Part shown: positions 21,627 to 31,796 of the stretch, piece after piece
How the letters are laid out: each line of letters begins with the position of its first letter
Position numbering within the stretch: position 1 is the first letter of the stretch
Origin: Leidyana gryllorum EB-2025a
Lineage: Eukaryota > Protista > Apicomplexa
Reading direction: 5' to 3'
Assembly: GCA_048772705.1 (NCBI GenBank)
Contig: JBLWGC010000169.1
Location: 62,001 to 126,000 of the forward strand
Length of the DNA stretch: 64,000 nucleotides
The notes under the pieces: model-generated
What the model was told of the DNA's origin: nothing
What the model saw: only the letters and a program-made list of their open reading frames with translations
Databases searched by the model: none
Translations under genes and position numbers: made by a program

Positions 21627-21839
21627 CGTGTAGTTCAATTAGTCAAGTCAGTTCAATCCATGCCAAGCACACGCGTGTTTGGATGCCGGTGTCTCCGTGT
21701 CAGCCGGCCCCAATCGTCATATAGATCACCACATATAAAATATAAACAAATGAAAGATGCAAAAGGGGGTTCACTAATCTAGGGTTACAGTACCCTAACA
21801 CTCCGTATCACACAGGGGTTTGACGGATCAACGCCCTAG

Positions 21840-23502
21840 CGGACGTGTGGCTGGATGAGTTGGAGCGGTGGTTCGGACGGGCCCGAATCACGGACGACCG
21901 GGCGAAGGTGGACTGTCTCGAGAGTGCTCTCCCGATGCGCAAGCAGCTGCAGCGTGTTGCCGTGGGAGGCGGATACGAGACAGTCCGGGACGCAATCTTC
22001 CGGGTGTGGTTTCCGATGGAGGGTACGGTGGTATCGTACCTCTATCAGGCAGCGAGATAGACCAGGAAGGTCGTATACAGTGCTGTGGAACGGACCACGA
22101 GCAATTGCATCAGCAGCAAGCTGAGGAAGAAGACCGACAGAGTTCGGTGCAGAACAGGTTTGGCACAGGGCGAGAATTGCCAACGGAGATAGAGGAAGTA
22201 TTAGATGAGAATCCATCGTTATGGAGTGGCGGATTGCCACGGACGAACAAAGTGGAAATGGAGATACGGTTGCCAGACAGCACACCGATCACAGCACAGA
22301 GGAGACACTTTCCAGAGGCACAGGAAAAAGAGATTGACTCTGAGATACGCCGGTTACACGAGGCGGGAATCATACAGCCTTCGGAGTCACCGTAGGCGTC
22401 AGCGATGGGACCCTTAGGCTATGCATCAACTATGAGCCGTTGAATGCGGTGACAATATCGGATGCATACCCACTGCCGAGGATAGAAGGGCACGTGAATC
22501 AGTTAGGCAAAGCCCGAGTCTTTTCCTCGTTAGATCTGAGACAAGGGTATCATCAGATTCCGTTGAAGGCGGCGAGTAGACCTTACATGGCATTTCGAAC
22601 GCAGATGGGAGAGTTCGAGTATGTTACGATGCCCTTCGGATTGAAGAATGCACCCGCAGTATTCCAACGGCTGATGGATGTGACGGTTGGGCATATCCCG
22701 AATGTGTATGTCTACTTGGACGACATTATCATCGCCACGGAGACGATGGACGAGAACACTCGCCACGTTCGTGAAGGTGTTGACAGCATTGGCGGATGCC
22801 AACCTACAGATCAAGCCGGAGAAGTGTCGTTCCTTCTTGGGAAAGATCCGATACTTGGGGTATGAGATCGCAGACGGTCGTATTGAGACGACGGAGGAGC
22901 ATCGGAATCCAGTGCTGGCATTCCAGACACCACAAAGGAGTTTCCTTGGCTTAGTGAATGCTTACCGGCATTTCATTCCAAACTGTGCGGGGTTGGCACA
23001 GCCGATTCAACAGCTCACTCGAAAGGATACACCGTTCGTATGGACGCCAGAAAGAGATCGCGCTTTCAACGAATTGAAGGAAGCGGTGGGGAAGAATATC
23101 ACACTTAAGATACCAGATTGGACCAAACCGTTCTTGCCAGAAACGGACGCTTCTCAGTATGCGATCGCTGGGATTCTATCACAAGAGAATGACGATGGCG
23201 TATGGCAACCAGTGAAGTACATTTCGAGGCGACTTTCACCTACAGAGATGAATTACCCTATACGGGAGCAGGAGGCCCTTGCAGTTGTGTACTGCGTATT
23301 ACACTGCCGATACTACCTATATGGGCGCAAGTTTACCATACATACAGACCATGAAAGCCTTCAATGGTTAAATAAGGCTGAACATGGACCTCTGGCCCGT
23401 TGGGCGTTGCTCTTATCAGAATTCGACTATACCATATGGTACAAAGCGGGAGCTAAGATGGATCACGTGGACTGTCTGTCTGTCACGCTACCCGAGAGGT
23501 AA
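21840..23502 (+). mobile_element. Decayed Ty3/gypsy LTR retrotransposon: gag fragment, RT and RNase H; no protease, integrase or clear LTR pair
   Basis: Gag-like WLDELERWF. RT motifs YPLPRI, SSLDLRQGYHQI, MPFGLKNAPAVFQ and YLDD. RNase H motifs TDAS, YPIREQEALA, TDH and ARW..LSEFDY. In-frame stop at ~22393, frameshift at ~22770 and internal deletions. Confidence 0.93.
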
Positions 23503-26132
23503 CTTCAGTGATTTGCTAGTCGCCAAGTGTGGGACTGCAGCCCTTAGAGACTCTATAGCTCAGATGGACCCGGTGCGGTTGGAACTTATTGTGACCTGTT
23601 GGTTCTGGTGGGCCGCGGGCACACACGTGTGCTTCCATCAGATATTTGATCAGTCGCGGTGTCCGGCTGTTGGTGTCCAAACCGGCCACAAAGTATGTTT
23701 CTGATTTCGGAAATTTTGGGCAGTTACGGATCCGTCTGCGGATGAGTTCGTCACTGCCCAGAATTTCCCGGCGGGCATTGGAATCGGGCGCTGCGACTGT
23801 TTGCTGGGGTCATTATGAAGCCACTCCGACAGTTCGCAAACTGTCAGAGCCGCTCAGAAGCCCCCAGCAGCAGTTACAACGACTGTTCATCCAACCGAAC
23901 CCCCCAATGGCGTTCGTGGTGAGTGGCTGAATGGCTTTACTCAACAGTTACCCGGAATGCGGTACATTAACGTACATCCGGCCTCCCCAGAAGGCTTACG
24001 AGGGGTATTCGCAGATGACGGATTACAATGTGGGCGATGGCCACCAAGCACTCGATCGCTCCCCCCTCCTGTAGCGAGGTCGGGGAGCGCGAGTTAAGTG
24101 TGGTTGAGGGAAATGTGGCCCCAGAGAGTGGGGGAGGGGCAAAGATATCGCAGCGGTTTTTGGGCCCGGCTGCGTGTCGTGACTGCCCCCACTTCCGGTA
24201 TTCTTTTGATGCCGTAAAACTGAACCCGCCAGGAGGGTTCGTCCCTGCTTCATCCTTTATGCCTGGCGTCGTGATTCGAATGGTTATGGGTTCAGTGGTG
24301 CCCCGACTTGATGACTCCTCCTCCTCGCCGCCCGCCCTCCCCATTGGTGAGGTCTGAGCCGTTTTTTTTATTTTGACGGTGGGCTCAGACCGGTATCTGA
24401 GAGCATTACGCTCTCAGACCAGCCTCCAAATCCCGTTCTTCATCGGGTGTACGATCCTTATCTTTCTTCTTTTCGTCTTCATCCGTTCCCTCCTCGAAGA
24501 AATCCTGTACGGAGTGATGGGAGGAAGTGCGAGGGGAAGCTTTCCGAAATTCCCAGGAACGAGAGGGCGTACCCGAAAGAGGAACAAAGACGCAGCAGTC
24601 CAAGAAAAAAGTCCCGCAGAAGTTGGCGGGGTTTTGCTTTGGTCGTTGACGCGACGAAATCAGGGGACATAAATGTGCTGGTAACCATTTTACATGATTC
24701 CGTTTCGCGTGCACTGAGGCGAAGATGCCATTGTGCAATTGCTTTGAATTATTCAAAGAACCGATCCAAGCTTCTTCAATGAGCTGTTCCCACAATTCCA
24801 CACGTGTAATCACGCTTCGAACGATGCGTGAAGAATAGCCACTTAATGGTTATGTGCCCTTACTGTACCCACTGAGGCCAACTTCTCGTAAAATGTGGAT
24901 GCTGGCCGGCCGTGAGCACACACGTGTGCATCTGTTAATTATTTTTGGTCGATCGGAGTCCTTCTCATGGATTAGATTCCACACCGCCTGCAAACCATTT
25001 CTTACTCGACAACATGCTGAGCAACTCCCTGAGCCGTCTGCGGATGAGTTGTCGCTGCCCGAAGCTTCCCGCCAAGGTTGGCAATCATCCCTGGCACTGT
25101 CACTGAGGTCATTATGAGGCCTCTTCAGCAGTCCGAAGACTGTCAGAGCCACTGAGAAGCCCCAACGAGCATTCCCAGTGGCCGTTCACTGGAGGAAACC
25201 CCCAGAATCGTTCCGTGGTGCGTGGCTGTGTTGTCCATGCCAAGTTGCAGGACTGTGCTCAAACGGCCCCAGAGAGTGGGAGGGAGGCAAAGTTGTCGAC
25301 TCGTATCTTGACTGCCGCCCCACCTCCCGTAACTGTCTATCTTACGTATCCTGAGTAAGTCACGCAAGTGAGATAGAATTTGCACACGTGTGTTCTATCC
25401 GAAAAAGTGGTGTCTTTCTGACACGGAGACACTCGGCTGCTTTCTGACCATTGTTGTTATACCGGCTCGACCTCGGTCGATCGGTGACTGAGTGCTGCTG
25501 CACGAGGACTACATCCTGCCGAGCAGACGCCCCCACCGAATCAGATTATTAAAACCTCTCAGCGATGGATGACTTGACTCTCACACCGAGGGCTGTGCCT
25601 GCACTCGAGTTTAGCTGGGGGCTCCGCGCTATTCTCCGCTAATTTTCTAATGCCGTAAAACTGAACCCGTCAGGAGGGTTCGTCCCTGCTTCATCCTTAT
25701 GCCTGGCGTCGTGACTCGAATGGTTATGGGTTCAGTGGTGCCCCGACTTGATGACTCCTCCTGCTCTACTCCCCTGAGCCAATTTTTCCTCATCATTTTG
25801 GGCTCAGACCGGTGTTCAGGAGCATTACGCTCCTAAACAATGTTCCAAATGTCCCTCCCTTTGTCGGGTCTTCGATCCTCTATTTTCTTCTTTCCTAATA
25901 AACCATTCTGTGAAGAATGATGGGATCAATTGCGAGGCAAAGCTTACCGAAACTGCCACTCCCAGGAGGTCGTGCCCTGTGAGGCACTAACCGTCCATCA
26001 CAATCAGAAGCCACACCGTGTTGTGGTCTTCGTCGAAAACGCGACAAATACGGGGTGCAGCATACGTGCACTGCTACCGCTTCGATGTGTTATCATTTCG
26101 CGTGCGCTGAGGCAACGATGCCGCTTTTATTG

Positions 26133-27420
26133 TTATTGTGGTGACGGCATTGGGACAAGTGACTGACTGACTGTTCGAATGACCGCTAAGCCCAGTTTTC
26201 CCACACAGTCATTACCAACTGACTGCTGCTGACTCTTTAGTTTCGGCCGACAGATCGTCGATCCGCGCTTTGCCCAGCTGAGGGCATCTGCCGGGCCTGT
26301 GCCTAACAAAGTGTGCTTCGCTTCCATCACAGAGTGCTTAATCGTGCTGTTCCCTTCATTCAACGAGTTCTGCAAATGAGTTACCCTCACGACGAACTGC
26401 ACCATTCATTGACAGCAGCAGCATCAGCGGATTGAAGTTTGCAGTGGGATGAAAGATATCATTGAAACATTGAACAAAAGACACACACACACACACACAC
26501 CGCATGTGACCAGAAAGGTTGATAGGTTGGACACATTTTGGCAACGACTCGCGCCGATTCTGCGATCTGGTGGTATATAGATGCATTCTTGCGCAGTGGG
26601 AGTGGGGATCCATTGGAGCGTTGCCAAATGGGGTGTAATTACATTTAGCTATTGTGGAGTTGGATGTGGGCTACCACGTTCGGCGATACCAGCGAGCGCG
26701 TCCGATGAGGTGTGTTCCGTCATCCGGAAACGGTATCAGGAGGGGCTCTTGTTGGGGTTTGATGTCCCAATGATCGATACGCCAATGGCCATCGTCCGAA
26801 TTGGCGCCGGCATCGGAGTCCACTTCAATTCTCTGTCTGCGAGTTCTCACTCCGGACACGGGGCCTCCTCGTTTCGAAGCCAAATCGTCCCGAGTTGTCC
26901 CTCGACTCGTTAGACTTGGCTGGTGGCCATATGCACTCGGAGCATTGGTCGTGGCGTCGTCGTCATCCTCAAAGTCAGAATCGGAAGCACTGTTTGACGA
27001 ATTGTTCCCTTCGTAACTCGACCCCATACCCCCACCCTCGTCGTAGTCGTCATCGTCATCAATATCGGCAGTTGTAGTCATCTCTGCCCGGGCCGCCATT
27101 GCCGATTTGCGCAGAGGCCTGCCGCTCTCCGTCACCGGCGCCGGCGGCGTTACAGTGTGCTCCTCGATGCACAGAATCAGTCCATAGCTCTGTGTGGGGT
27201 CCAATTCCTTCAGAAGCTTCTGCACTCGCAACAGCTTCTCCTGGAAGTTGTGAAGTCGAACCACCTGACCCCTCAAGTATCTTCGACGGTCCAAATCCTC
27301 TATAGCGTTCAATTGGAGCTCCAAAGCCGTCTGCCACCCCGTAACATAATCGGAACACGTTTCAACGTGTTCCTCCTGGCCATTCGGGTGACGCAGTATG
27401 ATTCTAAATATAGAAGGCAT
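26133..27420 (-). CDS. Spliced protein with acidic linker and probable C-terminal FHA domain (3' end approximate)
   Basis: The 249-aa first exon ends in THLIGR. The next exon contains HCARMH (FHA SRxH-like). Later exons lie in 26133-26410. Confidence 0.5.
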
Positions 27421-27976
27421 CGTTCCAACAAGGTGTGCAAAAAAAGGTCATCGCTACTTGGCATGGGAGAGGGGGCAGCAACACGCAATCAGCACACCAT
27501 TGATCATCATCCATTCCGCAGCACACTTTCACGTCTCAATAAACGCTCTCGCCACAGAAATCAACCACTCCTCCCCACAAGGGCACGATCAAGCTGGTTG
27601 CCACCAATCTGGATTTTTTGGCACCCAAACCAGATAATGACCCCAATAACTACTAATCGCATACCAAACACGTGTGTGCCCTCCACACAAGCGAGACACT
27701 CCTGAGCTATTCGCACTGTCAAATCAGATCCTGAATGTTTGAGGAATGCTCCATGGGGTTTACAGACAAGATATTCTCAACGGATGATTGGTCGCACCTG
27801 TGCGCTGTGCACTCCGCAGTGTGCACGACACAGTGTGCACGAAGGGTGTGCGCCTGGATCGCACGATGCCACTTTGGAGGTTAAGACGACTGTGGCTGTT
27901 GTGTAACGACTGCTACTAAATTCACCTCACAGTAAGTTCTACCGCCCACAACAGCGATGGCAATAATGTTGGGAAG

Positions 27977-28378
27977 ATGAGCAAAAAAAAGAGCATCACT
28001 ATTGATTGGCATGGGGTGTTGTTGTCCACAGACCTCCTACACGCCCACACACGTGACACACACAGAGGGCATAGTGATATGGTGACCAATAATTCCAATT
28101 TGCTGCGGGGAGGAGAGCCAGTTTGGGTTTCCGACTGGTCCGAGGAAGAGAGAACATTGACTCGGGTGGTCTTAGCCTTTTTGTACGGACTCACAGTCTT
28201 CCTCTTCTTCGTCGCCTGTTGTGCATTCATCTTCAGCTTCGGCCGCAATCGCGGGTTTAGTGGCGACGACAGCACTGACGCATATCAGCCAAATGACCCA
28301 TCCGAGACTCAGCCACTGCAGGATGAGCCAGCCGCTCCAGTAGAGAGGGATGCACCGCCCGCTGCGTCTCCCGCATAG
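27977..28378 (+). CDS. Single-pass membrane protein (probably with further upstream exons from ~27735)
   Basis: Hydrophobic segment VVLAFLYGLTVFLFFVACCAFIFSF with an acidic/Pro tail; short GT-AG introns upstream. Confidence 0.6.
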   Translation: MSKKKSITIDWHGVLLSTDLLHAHTRDTHRGHSDMVTNNSNLLRGGEPVWVSDWSEEERTLTRVVLAFLYGLTVFLFFVACCAFIFSFGRNRGFSGDDSTDAYQPNDPSETQPLQDEPAAPVERDAPPAASPA

Positions 28379-28497
28379 TTTACCCCAGTCGAAAGTGCCG
28401 CCGTCGTCATCCAAATCGTCTGAAGACGAGTCTCCCGCCGTCGGTCTCAAAAGCGCTACACTCCACGGATCGCCGCCACCTGCCATCATTGGCAAAA

Positions 28498-30132
28498 ATG
28501 CAGAGAGACACCCACCAAACAAACCTCTCCCATCTGGAGGCAACCCGCCCCCATCTCATACTAATAGCCACTGCACCACACAGCGGCCACCTGCGACCCG
28601 CACTCCAACTCGCACACTATCTGGCTGACGCGGCGCCCTCGGCGGGTGCGTTCCCCCTAACAGTGCTCCTTGTCGCCCCGCGTACCTGTACAGCTCCCGA
28701 GGCCTTCTTCCGCTCGCGGGCGGCCAATGTCCACCTCCACTCATTCCAGCTCGCCCTCCCGGCGACCGCCAGCGCTGCAGACCAACGCGATTGGCTGTTG
28801 GACAACGCTGAACACATCTCGCACTCCCTCATAGCCCCCATCCTGCCCCCTCACACTGGCCCCCCAATGGTCATATTCGACACTTATGGTATCTATCTCC
28901 AACCTTTGGCCGACAAACTCAATGTGAAGCCAATCTTATTCAGCCCGTCTCCTCTTCTGGACGTCTTTTGCCTCATGCGTTATGATCGCATCATCGGGAT
29001 GAGAGCTCAGCTCGCAAAACAGCCCCCCCTTCGAAATGACAGCAGCGGTGAAGGAGGGGGAGAGGGAGAGGGAGAGGAAGAGGGAGAGAAACAGTGCCCT
29101 CCCACGGCACCAAACACCCCCACTGCCATCGGCTGCCAGGCCACAACGATCAACGTGCCCGGACTGTTCGATCTCAGCATCTATGATGTCCGGAACCATC
29201 TCGCTGGACGAGAGCGATCCTTCCTACCTTACTGGCTCAATTTTGTCAACTATGACGCCATTATAGTCAATGATATCCCAAACGGATACCCTTCGGTCTT
29301 TGTGAATAGTTTGAATCCCGACCGTAGGGTCGAAGTGTACACTGTAGGCCCTCTCATGCAATTCGAAGCCACAGCCTGGAGCCCCATGGCATCAGTCAAT
29401 CAACAAACTACTTATCAAACCCCGGCTGCCCCTGAATTGATCTGGCTGGATGAGCAGAAGCCAAGAAGCGTCATATTCGTCGCTCTTGGAAGCTGGACGC
29501 ATCTTCCAGACGCCGATCTAACAGAATTGGCCTGGGGACTGACAGCTGCCTCCAAAGGAAACCTCGCAGTCTTATGGGCCCTGAGTCCCACGAAAAGTCG
29601 GAACAGTAACCCCGAACTGATTCCTAATCGACCCACAACTGAAGAACTCCATCCTTGTGGACTCCCCGAACGATATATAAAGGAATGCGCACCCACCTCG
29701 CGCACGTGTGTCGTCGAGTGGGTCGATCAGAAAAGAGTCCTGGCCCACCCGAGTATCGCTGGATTCGTCAGTCACTGCGGATGGAACTCGCTGCTGGAAG
29801 CCGTCACTCTCTGCGCGCACCCATGGCCAATATTCGCCCTCCCCTGTGGCTGCGAGCAGGGAATGAACGCCGCTATGATTGAGCACTTCCATCTCGGCCG
29901 CCGCTTGTGGGGCCCAACCGCGCCCGATAGGCGTTTGCGCCGCTCGGAGGTCTCCAAAATCGTATCTGAGACACTCGACAACGGGCTGGTGTTGGAACAG
30001 CGATCGCAAGAATTCCGCGAAGCCGTAAGGAGGGCCCCTGTCGGTGCCGCCGAAGCTAGGCGTAACCTCATAGCCAAACGTCTATTATATGCTAGCCCGT
30101 CTGATCGATGCCCTCCGGCTGCTGCCTTCTGA
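28498..30132 (+). CDS. Family-1 UDP-glycosyltransferase with PSPG-like box, intronless
   Basis: N-terminal GHLRP (catalytic His), VYTVGP, WLDEQKPRSVIFVALGS and WVDQKRVLAHPSIAGFVSHCGWNSLLEA…EQGMNA. Confidence 0.93.
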   Translation: MQRDTHQTNLSHLEATRPHLILIATAPHSGHLRPALQLAHYLADAAPSAGAFPLTVLLVAPRTCTAPEAFFRSRAANVHLHSFQLALPATASAADQRDWLLDNAEHISHSLIAPILPPHTGPPMVIFDTYGIYLQPLADKLNVKPILFSPSPLLDVFCLMRYDRIIGMRAQLAKQPPLRNDSSGEGGGEGEGEEEGEKQCPPTAPNTPTAIGCQATTINVPGLFDLSIYDVRNHLAGRERSFLPYWLNFVNYDAIIVNDIPNGYPSVFVNSLNPDRRVEVYTVGPLMQFEATAWSPMASVNQQTTYQTPAAPELIWLDEQKPRSVIFVALGSWTHLPDADLTELAWGLTAASKGNLAVLWALSPTKSRNSNPELIPNRPTTEELHPCGLPERYIKECAPTSRTCVVEWVDQKRVLAHPSIAGFVSHCGWNSLLEAVTLCAHPWPIFALPCGCEQGMNAAMIEHFHLGRRLWGPTAPDRRLRRSEVSKIVSETLDNGLVLEQRSQEFREAVRRAPVGAAEARRNLIAKRLLYASPSDRCPPAAAF

Positions 30133-31785
30133 ACGTCTTTCAATGTTATCTGACCTTCTCCGGGTAGCTTCTAATCGAGTTACCATGTGGTGGGATTGCA
30201 CTCTCCCAACAATTGCTTTGCTCTGGTGTGCTTGCTGCTGTAGCCACTGCTGAGGGAAAAAGTCTTGCATTAGCCGCTCCTGAAATGTCCGGCGCTTCGC
30301 GGTCGTCGTAGCTCGCTTCCGCCTGGTGGTGTGCCAAACACGTCGTCACTCATTCGCGCACCTGCCTACTCACCGAGCTGACTTGAAAGGTCTCCGCGCG
30401 AATTCATTCGTAGTTTGGTCGCGAAATAGATGCTGTTCGGGCAAAGGCAAAGATCAATGGACGCAAAACAAAGTGCCATGCACCCAATCGTTAGTCCAAC
30501 AGACAGTCAGGTAGGAAATTGGGGTAGGTAGGTAGGTGGGTAGGTAGTTTAGGTAGGCATTGCGATTAGGAATCACTTACCAGCCAGATATGAAAACCAA
30601 AGAATGCCATCAGTATTATCCCGAAGAATCCAAGGCAAAAGCCAAGTCCGCATAGAAAGGGATATTGACCAACAGCATACTGAAGCGCGCACACACGCGT
30701 GTTTCGGTGGAGACATGATGTCACTCACCTCAATTATAATCGAAGGGCCCATATCTGCCCGGTGACCACCAGTATAGTACAAAATGGCTGCGATTGATAG
30801 TCTTTAGAGATCTTCACACGTGCAGAGTTAGTTACCTTCCCAGATATGGTCTTTGATTAACTGGCCAGATATTATTGAGTAAATGAGCCAGCATCCGTAA
30901 GAACAAAGCGCCCAATGCAGGAATACAAATAGCAAGAATAGTCTCCAATTCAATAGGCCAATACAGTTTCGCACCCAGATACAGTGGTGGTCGAACCTGA
31001 AGGGGAGTGCCAAGTACATATGTGCGCGCGGGTCCTGGTGAAGACTTACTTTGCGACGCAAATGTCGCAGACGGCGCAGTGTTTGCTGCGCGCTGGTCTG
31101 CGAAGGTGAAGTGACATTGTGATACGAGTCCCGTGTCGGGAATGCTCGACACTCACTTTTCGAACTCGCAAGTTGAACATTGCCTTCCCGCAGGGAAGAA
31201 GGAGTCATCGAAGGGGAAGACTGACACCATTCGATCGGCCGACGCTTCATCAGCGATGATGCCTGGGTCTGAGCCACATATACGGACAAAGAATGTGAGG
31301 CAGAGGATCGTCAAGGCGAGGGAGGTCCAACTGAAGAGGGGAAAGTCTGAGCGGGTGTCGGCGATTACCGGTGCCAGTGCGAGGCATTAGGGTTGTCTTC
31401 GAGTAGAGGGAACCCTGTTTGGGAGATGGGATGGAGGCTTTCCGATATATGGCGGGCACACCTTTGAAAATGAAGAAAGTATAGCCAACAATCATCATGA
31501 AGAGATAGAATAACTGCGTATTGGTGGTGATTGAGAGGAGTGGGTGGTTTTCGGTGGACTCACCTGGACTAGCGGATGGTCACCGGACAATACATAGTCG
31601 ATCATATCTTCCCAATGGTTGTCGAGTCCGACATGGCCAAGGACGTTGACCCAACTGAGATAGAGGTTGCGGGCTTTGGCTCGCGTTTTCTTCGCCAAGG
31701 CGCCTTGGGATCGAGCCTGCCATAAGCAGCAAACGAATATGCCCGTGCTGTTGAGGGCCGCAAGTCCAGCTATCAGAAGCCGCAT
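30085..31785 (-). CDS. DHHC palmitoyltransferase, multi-exon
   Basis: Cys-rich domain with FDHHCIWVRNCIG, TM helices and a QTTNE motif. The final exon reads into ORF 30085-30270. Confidence 0.88.
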
Positions 31786-31796
31786 AGTTGTTTTTT

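Larger units (their letters stand above)
21173..21835. repeat. Tandem duplication, 331-bp period, two diverged units
   Basis: Shared blocks gcacacgcgtgt..ttggatgccggtgtctccgtgtcagccggc, aagatgcaaaaggggg.ttcacta, tagggt-N6-acccta and gggtttgacggatcaacgcc. Confidence 0.9.
18794..26125. repeat. Tandem array of four ~1.2-kb units (A ~18794-19984, B ~19985-20975, C ~23583-24960, D ~24960-26125), interrupted by a 2.6-kb insert (20976-23582)
   Basis: A/B/C are near-identical over ~700 bp. D is diverged but collinear: shared blocks gtctgcggatgagtt, ctgtcagagcc, ccccagagagtggg, the 114-nt core, gggctcagaccggt, acgcgac and tcgcgtgc.ctgaggc. Confidence 0.92.

Noticed and set aside
21173-21835. The 331-bp duplication as the paired LTRs of the gypsy element
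   Set aside because: Both units are on the same side of gag-pol, they diverge in a codon-like pattern, and I see no PBS or PPT. A link to the element is not excluded.
18710-24672. Plus-strand ORFs repeated in the array (MSSSLPRISRR…, MQRFLGPAAC…, MTVGSDR…) as genes
   Set aside because: They repeat only because the DNA repeats, frames break between copies, and splice signals favour the minus strand.
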